Shown: positions 1 through 10,290 of the stretch, one piece after another | Numbering within the stretch: position 1 is the stretch's first letter | How the letters are laid out: each line of letters begins with the position of its first letter | Assembly: GCF_006345805.1 (NCBI RefSeq) | Contig: NC_042998.1 | Span: forward strand, 199,764,001 to 199,828,000 | DNA from: Octopus sinensis | Taxonomy: Eukaryota | Direction of reading: 5' to 3' | Length of the DNA: 64,000 nucleotides | The notes under the pieces: model-generated | The model's database searches: none | The model's input: the letters and a program-made list of their open reading frames with translations, nothing else | Told to the model about the DNA's origin: nothing | Translations under genes and position numbers: made by a program

Positions 1-245
1 ATCCACGTAAAACCCACACGAGAACTGGCAAAATAACATAAAGTTAGCCAGAAAACTGCCAGCAACCATTTGCATGGCAAGGAAAATCAAAAACCCTCGA
101 CGAATGGGTACCAGACGATTGGAATAAAAATTAGAAAATGCGCAGATATGAAGTTTGCTCGTCGCCTCTTCTCCGTTACCAGACTGACCCATTTCTGGAC
201 TGTATTGTACCTTGCGATGAAATATGGATTCTGTACTGGAGACAA
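1..245 (+). mobile_element. Mariner (DD34D-type) transposase fragment, pseudogenised
   Basis: Translates across frameshifts to ...TRELAK*HKVSQKTASNHLH...EWVP... then MRRYEVCSSPLLRYQTDPFLDCIVPCDEIWILY. These match the mariner WVP motif and the first catalytic-D motif (FLDRIVTCDEKWILY). Truncated right after. Confidence 0.8.
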
Positions 246-1440
246 ATACTTTTGTTTAGTTTAACTCTGATATTTTATATTCCCCATAAACTCAACAATA
301 TCAATATAAAAGATGAAATAAAGCTGTAACTATTAAAGAAACAAACTTTTCATTAAATCCCTTATTCTTGCTTAAATTACAGAAACGCTTTGTCACCAAT
401 TCACAGTGAACACACTTGGCAAACTTCTTTCCAGAAACACTGACCCGTATACAAACACGGCTAGTGCGATTGTAACTTTAGTCACTTCAGACAAACAAAG
501 CTACCATCTGAAAATATCCCTTCCCTTAACCCATAACCTATTGTGCCTTAGAGTAAGTTCATACTCTTCAATCTTCCACACTTCTCAAGAATCTAATCTG
601 ATCCTTTGAAATTCGCTACAGAGTCTCTCATTTGCCAAAATATATGCTATCTGATCTGTTAACTATCTCCATACCACGTCATCTTCAACAAGTCTACGTT
701 CATGATGATTGTCATTAGAAATGAGAACTCCCAAAGCTTTCATTCTGTCAGTATCTCTTTCATCGACCATCGATACGTTTTCCATAAAGCTAGATCTACT
801 AGTGGCCTACTCTCCTTTCTTTTCCATGAACAGGTTCCTCGCCTTGGGGAAATTGAGGGAAGAGAAACGTCATACTCATCATCAAAGCTTCTCAACGTGT
901 TTGACAAGAACTTTACTTTGAGAACTGTTTGCCGACGGGGGTCACACAGCTCTCATCGCTTAGATCCCTAACATCCTCTTAAATAGCACATTAGCAATGT
1001 TTGTTGACAGAACTCAAGCCATGGAGTGAACTGCAGCGTTCTCAAAGGTTCGGTTTCCTTTCCAATTCTCTTTTTTTTTTAAATATAATTCAATGAGAAT
1101 TGTAGCGTGTAACAACGACCAAAATTTAGGCAAACGACGCAACCGTTCATTCATCCTTAACATTCCTATCCATGCCCCGTCGCTTGCAGCGTAGATACCG
1201 CATCAACACCCATGGGATTCTGCACGTGCTAACATGTAAATTGTCGAGAGAGAGACATAAATGACATTGATCTCAGCATGGCATTGTGGCCTGCAAAACC
1301 ATGAGTACACATTCATTATTACTCAAGATCGGGCAGGTATATCTATTTTGTGCGCGCGCGAGTGTGTAAAGTGCGTGTGCATGTATGTGAGTGTGGTGTG
1401 TGTGTATGCATATGCACATGTATACATGTATACGGACATA

Positions 1441-1506
1441 TGGCGTAGTGGTTAAAAGCGCGGGCTACTAACCCCAAGATTCCGAGTTCAATTCCAGGCA
1501 GTGGCA

Positions 1507-1508
<2 letters not shown>
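1441..1508 (+). mobile_element. Short tRNA-derived SINE head with (AAT)n tail
   Basis: A box TGGCGTAGTGG (1441-1451) and B box GAGTTCAATTCC (~1484-1495), followed directly by (AAT)n at 1509-1566. Confidence 0.7.
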
Positions 1509-1566
<58 letters not shown>

Positions 1567-1568
<2 letters not shown>

Positions 1569-1939
1569 GACCTACTCATTGAAATTGAGAAAATGTGGCA
1601 TCTCAAGGCGGTTACAATACCAGTGATCGTAGGAGCACTAGGAATGATCAAGAAGGGAACCGAAAATTATATGAGAATGATCCCTGGCTTACCATCCCTG
1701 CAAGAAGTGCAAAATATTGTCTTAACTGGTACATCACACGTATTGAGAAGAGCATTATCGATGTGAGAATTATTACTACCCATGTATTTTAATTTAACTT
1801 TAAAAAAAAAATGAACGAACTATTGAGTTTAGTTTAATGGCCTGCCAATGTATACTATGAGTTTCTTTGCCCTAGGAGTCGGGAAGACACTCGGGAAGAA
1901 ATGGAAGCAAATTTGAAAGAAGAAAAAAAAAATAATATG
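1567..1939 (+). mobile_element. R4/Dong-clade non-LTR retrotransposon 3' end (RLE C-terminus plus 3' UTR), 5'-truncated, family A
   Basis: DLLIEIEKMWHLKAVTIPVIVGALGMIKKG...LQEVQNIVLTGTSHVLRRALSM* is the conserved C-terminus of RLE-type ORFs. Flanked on both sides by (AAT)n. Confidence 0.8.
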
Positions 1940-1972
1940 AATAATAATAATAATAATAATAACAATAATAAC

Positions 1973-2012
<40 letters not shown>

Positions 2013-2031
2013 TAATAATAATAATAATAAT

Positions 2032-2265
2032 ATTCAAGGCCCTTTTGAGCGGGATGGGCTACTCGACCCGAAGAAAATTCTAACTGGGCCTCACCTGCAA
2101 GGTCATGCGCTGTTTATCTTGATATGAGACCATTATGTCGCGCACATATGGTTGTAATGCATGTACCTGGTGTACCCTTATCAGACGGGTAGTCATGATG
2201 GGTATACTGGGCTTCGTATATTTTACCCCAGTGTCACTCTAAAGGCATGTCCTGTTCTCTCACTC
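2032..2265 (+). mobile_element. 5'-truncated copy of non-coding (AAT)n-embedded element 'X'
   Basis: Aligns by eye to 3135-3365. Same 3' end (CTCTCACTC + AAT repeats) and (AAT)n on both sides. Confidence 0.8.
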
Positions 2266-2305
<40 letters not shown>

Positions 2306-2308
<3 letters not shown>

Positions 2309-2560
2309 CATTCCTATCACAGTAGGCGCATTAGGTATGATAAAAAAGTTAGACAAATACATAACAAAAACACCAGGACGTACAAACACATATCACATAC
2401 AGAAAATTGCACTACTAGGCACTGCATACATCCTACGCAAAACACTTTCAATACAGTAACCATCAGAGCATCACAACCAATCACAGCACATACCGAAGGC
2501 ACACAGAGCTGCGCTCGGTAGTGAAGTGAAAGCACGTTATAAAAATAAAACTACTGAATG
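2306..2560 (+). mobile_element. R4/Dong-clade 3' end, family B, 5'-truncated
   Basis: TIPITVGALGMIKK...DKYITKTPG...IQKIALLGTAYILRKTLSIQ* (stop 2457-2459). Its 3' UTR differs from family A. Flanked by (AAT)n. Confidence 0.8.
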
Positions 2561-2734
2561 ATAATAATAACAATAATAATAATAATTATAATAACAACAA
2601 CAACAATAATAATAATAACAATAACAACAACAACAACAATAATAATAATAACAACAAGAATAATTATAATAATAATAATAACACTAACAATAATAATAAT
2701 AATAACAACAATAATAATAATAATAACAATAATA

Positions 2735-2811
<77 letters not shown>

Positions 2812-2812
2812 T
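2561..2812. repeat. (AAT)n/(AAC)n compound microsatellite
   Basis: Directly visible trinucleotide tract. Confidence 0.95.
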
Positions 2813-2813
2813 A

Positions 2814-3365
2814 GCCCTGATGCAGTACCAGGCAGTGGCTCTCATGGCTTCTGATCTTAACTGATTGGAAGTGTTATCATGTACATGTTTTGTCTTGGTA
2901 TAAAAGATGGGCTACAGCAAATATTCTGCTCAATACCACAGATTTGCTGGTCAGTTGTTTGACCTTAACCAGTTGAGCATGTCCCTTAGTGGCTGACGAT
3001 ATGTTGCATCTCTGATCACGAGCAGAAGTAGTGGGGAGCATCATAGCCATGTGTTGAGAGGGATTATTTGGGGTTTGAATAATTCACCTCTGGAAACATG
3101 GGTGGTTCTTTCAACATCCTTAAACAACCCTTATTCAGGGACCTTTTGAGCGGGATGGGCTACTCAACCTGAAGAAAATTCTAACTGGGCCCCACCTGCA
3201 AGGTCATGTGCTGTTTATCTTGATATGAGATCACCATGTCGCGCACATATGGTTGTGATGCATGTGCCTGGTGTACCTTTATCAGACGGGTAGTCATGAT
3301 GGGTATATGGGCTTCGTATATTTTACCCCAGTGTCACTTTGATGGCATGAACTGCTCTCTCACTC
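2814..3365 (+). mobile_element. Apparently full-length ~550 bp non-coding element 'X' embedded in (AAT)n
   Basis: Starts GCCCTGATGCAGTACCAGGCAG and ends CTCTCACTC(AAT)n. The same two ends occur at 56849-57351. Confidence 0.8.
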
Positions 3366-3412
3366 AATAATAATAATAATAATAATAATAAAATAATAAT
3401 AATAATAATAAT

Positions 3413-3590
3413 ATCGAAAAATACTATAGGAATGAGAACCCAAGTTAGAAATTTTCCCGAAGACACCTGATGAAGGCTAGAGGATATATCAGCCGAAACG
3501 TTGTGTTAACAACAAACAAGATAAGGACAAATATCCGTCAAATATAATAATGTAAATAATGTACATAATTCCTCATCACTTAAATATAGA
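3413..3590 (+). mobile_element. Penelope-like pLTR remnant carrying a hammerhead
   Basis: Contains the minimal HHR at 3462-3507 followed by an AT-rich tail. Assignment to PLEs is by the known HHR-pLTR association. Confidence 0.55.
3462..3507 (+). ncRNA. Minimal type I hammerhead ribozyme
   Basis: Stem I GACAC/GUGUU, core CUGAUGA, stem II GGCU/AGCC, GAAA, palindromic stem III AACGUU, triplet GUU. Confidence 0.75.
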
Positions 3591-4203
3591 TCTGTGTATA
3601 CAATTATGCATGTATATATGTGTGTATATATGTATCCTTCTATGTAATAAGTATATATCTTTGCTATTATGGAAAAGTATCGCAAATCCAAAACGTTGCC
3701 TTTTTAGAAAACAAAAAAATAGTTTCACCTTTCCATGGCAAAATCGTTGTACTACACTTTGACAAATTTTGATATCTTGGTAGCAGAAGCACCTGGAGAT
3801 ACGATAGTTAGAGCAAAAATACCGGTATTGCATGCCAAAATTTATATTGAAAAAAAAACCCGCATTTGGCCAAATTTAAACATACCACAGGTACGCACTA
3901 AAGTCCACATTTCTGTATGTCCGTTGGCTTTGTGATTTGAGTAAAGTGCTGGAAATCTGCACTTGTTTGCATGGAACAGCACAGTAGAGGTCTATCCCGA
4001 TTGGTCAATCTCTCCCAAAGAGAATTGTAGCATTGTTGTCCCCTAGGCGCTTCTGCCTAGCTCATCGTGTCACTTTTGTTTCCTTGTTTTAGCGCATCAG
4101 ATATAACGGGAAGATTTATGAAAATAAACAAAAGGCGAAGGCAGGTGGAATACAAACAAACAATTATATTAGTATGGCGGTCAGGAATATAAATAAAACA
4201 AGT

Positions 4204-4239
4204 CTTTTACGTTTCGAGCCTACGCTCTTCAACAGAAAG
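4204..4239 (-). ncRNA. Hammerhead-like motif with variant core CUGUUGA (A6U)
   Basis: Minus strand reads CUUU-CUGUUGA-A-GAGC-guag-GCUC-GAAA-CG-UA-AAAG. The same family occurs at 30748-30783. Confidence 0.55.
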
Positions 4240-4699
4240 ATACGCAGAAAAGAAACACGGAGAGAAACAAGTAGAGAGAAAAAATGCGAAAGAAAAACGA
4301 AAAAACGAAAAAAAACCGCATCAGATATAACCCTGACATCGTAGTTTTCGTGTATCACATCGAAGAAATTGTCGAAAGTCAATCTTGATGCTATTACCTT
4401 GGTTCTGATGCTATTTCTAATTGCTTTTTCTAGTTTAATCAATAACAGTTCATGATTTAGGCACAAGGCCAACAGCTTTTGAGTATGTGACATATTTTAT
4501 TTTATCAACCGGGTGAGATAGAAGGTGCATGAGACCTCAGGTAATGTAAGGAGCCGGAATATATTCCACTTGACAATTTCTCCGACGCTTTAAATATTCT
4601 ATAAAAAATTCCAAAATTAATGCGGGAACTATTACTAATAATCCCTTCAGCTATAGACACACGGTCTAAATATGGGTGGTTGTTCACTAGTCAATGTCA

Positions 4700-5050
4700 T
4701 CGATCTCAGTGTTGAAATGGTATTTGTTTCATCAACCTGGAAATAATGAAGCAAATTTGAACTCAAAGCGAAATGAACATAGAAATTAGCGGATGAGATA
4801 CCGCAAAGCATTTTGTCCGGCGGGTTAACGAATTTGTCAGCTCACTGTCTTATGGTTTTAAATTTTGGCATAAGGTTATCAGATTTTAAAGGGAGTGGGA
4901 AATCGATGTAATCGACTGCAGAACTTGACCAAATTTAATTTATTTTATCGACCCAGAAAGGATGAAAGGCAATATTGACCTCAGTGAATTTTGAACACAG
5001 AACGTAAAGACGGACGAATTGCCTAAGAGAAATTCGCCCGCCATGCTAAC
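4700..5050 (-). mobile_element. Two decayed SINE family D copies
   Basis: Reverse-complement matches to the GCCTTTCATCCTTT.GGGTCGATAAA core and the tRNA-like head. Confidence 0.55.
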
Positions 5051-5215
5051 GATTCTATCCGTAATATTAAAAGCAGAAAAATGACAAGAACAATAATTAT
5101 GATGAGAAGCTAGAAATGATTTTTCACTTAATTCAGTTCAAAAGACCATGGCAGACACGAATATTCCGGAATACATTTACTTATAAACACTTCATAGCTA
5201 TAAGTATGCATGTGT

Positions 5216-5217
<2 letters not shown>

Positions 5218-5254
<37 letters not shown>

Positions 5255-5277
5255 TACGTGTGTGAGTATATACATAC

Positions 5278-5338
<61 letters not shown>
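5218..5338. repeat. (AT)n microsatellite
   Basis: Directly visible. Confidence 0.95.
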
Positions 5339-5340
<2 letters not shown>

Positions 5341-5948
5341 TAGGTAGGTAGGCAGGTTTACATATATGTTCAGAGTGAAGTAAATAAATGAATCAAGAGA
5401 AGAGATGTCTGATAACAGCTCTGCAATGGCGAAAGCTAAAAATATAGATATTCGTATAAGGTAACTGGAATGTTCAAACGAAAAATGGCTTTAAAGCTGG
5501 AGTAGTTAAAGGATAGAATTATATAAACATACACTCCGAATCATAATTCACCACAAGTTTATATACACGCAGATACACACACAGAAATATATAGGATGCA
5601 GGTAATGGCCCATTTTGTTATAGAAAGCCCGAATTACGCTTAGATGCAACGAGAACCTGAATATGTAGGATATTTTTAGAAAATGTGGAAATATGAATGC
5701 ATCTCAATAAATGGATATATTGGTAATATTTAGATATGTTAAGTGAAGGATGAAAACATGGGATCAAAATGCAAGAGAATTCGGGCAAGTAATCATAGAG
5801 ACGTGTGTGTATCATTATTGCATATATTATAAACACAAATATATAATATATAATATATACAGACATCATAGAAATGCACGACTGTTATATGAATGCAAAT
5901 GTGCAAGCACTCACACATGCGCGCTCACACATAAACAACAATATAAGC

Positions 5949-6013
<65 letters not shown>

Positions 6014-6959
6014 ATATATATATATATACACACACATTTATGTATATATATGCGTATATATATTTATATATGCATATATATATATAATATATATATATAT
6101 TATATATATATATATATACATACAGACATATATATGTATATATATATATGTATGTATATTGTTGGTTCTACATTTGCTGACAATACATAAATTATAGGTG
6201 ATTTATTGTCTCCCACTGTAACACCATTCCATGTTTCATTCTTTAGTGTCTGTCACAAACCTAGAATAATAGCTGCTGCAAAATGGCGTATTCTCACAAA
6301 GAAAAAACACCGAAGCGTACACACAGATTTCAAAATATGCTTCATCTCTCTCTCTCTCTCTCGTCTCTTTCTCATTCTCACTCTCACACATACTCTCTGT
6401 CTCACTCTGTCCCTGACTCTATCTGTCTATGTCTCTGTCTGCCTTTCTATTGTCTCACTCTCTTTGCGTCTCAAATTTTCTGATTATATACAGCGGAAGA
6501 GGTTGTGATAATGGGTCTCCGTTGTTCAACAATGACGAATTTTTTGAAACTCTGCGTGAGCTACTCCAGAAACAACTATAATAAATCTGAATATTCCACT
6601 GCCATATGTAACTTTAATGTAATTCTCGAATGGTAATCAACGTGCCCGACAAGGCTGAACCTTTTAACTCACAAGTAAAATCTACTCGAGGAGTTTCAAT
6701 CCAGTTACCCAATTTCACTTACTAATGTAGCTGAACTCAAGAACTGGGAGCAAAAAGAGGACTACCTTAACAATTCAACCATACTTAGTGTATACACACA
6801 AACGGACATAAAATTACGCATGGGACACTGTATGTGCATGCGAGCGTGTGTGTGGATATATACGTAATCATATATATATATAACATAAATAATATATAAA
6901 TATATGCATATATACATATATATATATGTACATACCTACATCTATATGTATATATACAT

Positions 6960-7350
6960 GCACATAAGGGTACAGGACATAAAAAAAAACGTTGAACACT
7001 ATGAGAAACGGAAACATAAAAAACAAAAACATGGAAACGAACTTTTTTTTCAAACAACGAAAAAACAGAGTACAAGACATACAACACAAGGAATATTCCC
7101 CTTTCTTCAGTTTTTCCTGTTTCGTCTTTTCCGCACTTCGAAGGTAAGGACAAGACATGGCTTCGTTGAAACAGTCCTTCCCGCAAAGCAAATTAAATAA
7201 AATTTGGGATTTTTTGCCGAGGGGTAAAAGTGGTAACAAGAACAGGACAGTAAAAACAAAACAAGACAGTAAAAACAATACAAATAAAAACAGTAAAAGA
7301 CAGGACAAGGAGAATAACACAGTAAAAACAAACGATGACGACTGTTAATC
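6960..7350. mobile_element. Unclassified interspersed repeat (possibly PLE pLTR-derived); inverted partial copy at 20510-20710
   Basis: GGGTACAGGAC...GGAATATTCCCC is shared in reverse complement with 20510-20660. Confidence 0.5.
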
Positions 7351-7471
7351 CAAGATGAGGGAAAAATTATTTTGAACGTATTAAGGAGACAGCTTATGAG
7401 AAGGACAGGATAAGCCGCCTTGTTCCGGTAAAGACAGCAGTCGGAAAGATGGCTGTCGGATATATATATAT

Positions 7472-7808
7472 AAAGACCCCCTTCGGTCATGAATGACCAT
7501 GGGATTGCACCTAGAAAGTTACTCTCCTAGACACAAGTCCGGGCAAGGTTGTTTATGGAAGACCAGCAGTCGCCCATGCATACCAGCCTCCACTCTCCAC
7601 GCCACCAGTGTTATCCAAGGGAAAGACAAAGGTCGATACAGCTTGGAACCAGTGACGTCGCAACTCATTTCTACAGCTGAGTGAACTAGAGCAACGTGAA
7701 ATAAAGTGTTTTGCTCGAGAACACAACACGCAGCCCGGTCCGGGATTCGAGCTCACAACCTCACGATCGTAAGCTCGACGCTCTAACCACTGAGCCATGC
7801 GCCTTCAC
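7472..7808 (-). mobile_element. tRNA-derived SINE family B, full length
   Basis: Minus-strand head GAAGGCGCATGGCTCAGTGGTTAGAGCG...CTCGAATCCC. Homologous to 29272-29605 and 62410-62750. Confidence 0.85.
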
Positions 7809-7822
7809 AAAAGAATGATGGA

Positions 7823-8194
7823 TGGAAGCACTCCGTCGGTTACGACGATGAGGGTTCCGGTTGATCCGAATCAACGGAACAGCCTGCTCGTGAAATTAAC
7901 GTGTAAGTGGCTGAGCACTCCACAGACACGTGCACCCGTAACGTAGTTCTCAGGGATATTCAGCGTGACACAGAGAGTGACAAGGCCGGCCCCTTGAAAT
8001 ACAGGTACAACAGAAACAGGAAGTAAGAGTGGAGTGAAAGAAAGTTGAGGCGAAAGAGTACAACAGGGATCGTCACCACCCCCTGCCGGAGCCTCGTGGA
8101 GCTTTAGGTGTTTTCGCTCAATAAACACACACAACGCCCGGTCTGGGAATCGAAACCGCGATCCTCCGACTGCGAGTCCGCTGCCCTAACCACT
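7823..8194 (-). mobile_element. tRNA-derived SINE family A (tRNA-Arg-like head)
   Basis: Homologous over ~370 bp to 35238-35620 and 41722-42103. Confidence 0.85.
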
Positions 8195-8226
<32 letters not shown>

Positions 8227-8324
8227 CTTTATTTTAAGCAGCAGAAAATTCAACAAAATCTGTTACTCTAACGAGAAACTCAGAGTAACAGATTTTGTTG
8301 AATTTTCTGCTGCTTAAAATAAAG
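8227..8324. repeat. Perfect 43-bp inverted repeat (12-nt loop), probable inverted pLTR junction
   Basis: Arms 8227-8269 and 8282-8324. The loop and right arm contain GAAA-CUCAGAG-UA, the 3' half of an HHR. Confidence 0.8.
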
Positions 8325-8402
8325 CATATTACTCTACCACTGGTATTTGAGTACTCTTTTTTCCACCTTGTTTCACATTTATGTGTTTACTCCGGTATAT
8401 AT

Positions 8403-8455
<53 letters not shown>

Positions 8456-10004
8456 TGGAATAACAGTTGGATTACCCAACCAGTGCTACAATTTCTTACT
8501 TTCGCTGCTGAATTCTATTCCTACTTTACTTCTGTTATTACGATAATTTCTATTATCTCAGTTTTATGCTAAACTCACATTAGCTCGGACCTTGTATGCA
8601 CTCCTCGTTAAGGTCAATTCACTGTAAGTATAAAGGTATCACGACATAAGGAACTAGAGCACTGTGTAGAGATCTCATGTGATCCAATTGCTGGGCTCTA
8701 ATTTCATATGGATCTTTAGAAAGTTTCATTATTTAAGTTCTATAAAACAACGCAATATTGAATCTCAGATCAGTGGCTTCCGTCATTTTCTAAGTCTTAC
8801 CAGTGAGTCCTGGCCTTTGTTATACATAGAAGATACTGTTGAACTGCTAGAAATAGTAGCAAAATGTTCTCATTTGTTGATCATAGACTAGTGATTTAAA
8901 AGAAATATACATTGTAAGAATTAGTCATATAAATAAATGGGATGGTGATGATTGGAGAGCTTAAGCAATGATGCGGAAAAAAGAACATAAATATCTATCT
9001 ATACCAGTCTAATATGGATTTAAAAGAAAGATTAGAGTGGAATTAACAGATTTTCTTTCTACAAATTTGATTACAGCAAATCCAAACAGTAAACAATTTA
9101 TTTTTCATCATAATTAGTCATTTTACGATTTACGACATAGGTAAATTACATGCGGAAGGAATGTAGTCCATTATAATGGATTCAGTTCTGCAATGAGTCG
9201 AATAATAAAAAGGATGAAGAATAAAATGGTGGACGCAAACTAAAAATCTAAAAACTAATAATCTATACATCATCACGGAGAAAATATAAACATCATATCA
9301 AATGACTAAACAATACAAATAACCGGAAAAAGTAAACATAACTAAAGATAAATAATTACTAATAAAAGCAAACAATTCTGGAAAAATCAATAAAAACAGT
9401 AGATCATAACAGCGCACTAAATATAAGAAGTGAACTTAATAAATAACACAGGAAAATGACAGATAAAGACATAACCGCTGAAACCGAATCTACACCGGAA
9501 AGATAGCGGCAATAAACATTAAAAGTAATAAACAAACAACAAACACTATAAGGAACAAGTGTGAGTTGAATTGAGTAAGGAGAACATAAAAACGAAAGAA
9601 GGAAAACGTACAATAAACGATGTGAATAAACATTACAATTAATAATTTATATATCAAATAAAAATACAGGCAAACTGAAATCAATAAATAACAATGTGAT
9701 AAACATAAGAAATAAACAACCACACTTCAATATTTATGAAAACATAGGAATATAATATATCGTATTATACAATAAACAATGGGAAGAAGTATTACGGTAT
9801 GAAGTATAACAGCGTGCGATATTATAGCCGAAACCCGTTTAGAAAATAGAGACTGGAGGTGGGGTAGGAGGTAAAAGAAAGGGGGAGAGGGAGAGGGAAA
9901 CAGAGAGAGAGAGAGAGAGAGAGAGGAGGGGGTAGAGAGAGTTGGGAAATGACTTGGCTGTGTAATCCATACGACACATTCTCTGGACATACAAACGTCA
10001 TCCT

Positions 10005-10249
10005 CCACTACTACACCTAGAACCACCACCACTACCACAACCACCGCCGCCACCACCGCCACCGCCACCACCACTTCCACCACCACCACCACCACCACCA
10101 CCGCCGCCGCCGCCGCCGACGCCACCACTACCACGACAAACGCCACCACCACCCACACAACCACCACCACCACCACCACCACCGCCGCCGCCGCCGCCGA
10201 CGCCACCACTACCACGACAAACGCCACCACCACCCACACAACCACCACC

Positions 10250-10289
<40 letters not shown>

Positions 10290-10290
10290 T
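10005..10290. repeat. (ACC)n/(GCC)n/(ACT)n low-complexity tract with an 81-bp internal tandem duplication
   Basis: GACGCCACCACTACCACGACAAACGCC recurs at 10118 and 10199. Confidence 0.9.

Noticed and set aside
340-1040. Possible decayed LINE on the minus strand
   Set aside because: Only vague peptide resemblance; no diagnostic motif could be read.
2558-2854. Poly-Ile/Asn, IY-repeat and LSIY-repeat ORFs throughout the ORF track
   Set aside because: Artefacts of (AAT)n, (AT)n and (CTAT)n microsatellites.
2814-3050. Short similarities of element X to U2 and U1 snRNA, and a CTGAYGA motif at ~2994
   Set aside because: Matches are 9-14 nt, on inconsistent strands and spacing. The CTGAYGA has no downstream stem II-GAAA. 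Consistent with chance.
3225-3330. Partial HDV-like features on the minus strand of element X (CATCATG/CATGGTG helix, GCGA joiner)
   Set aside because: I could not find a convincing P1 helix, and the putative L3 is too short.
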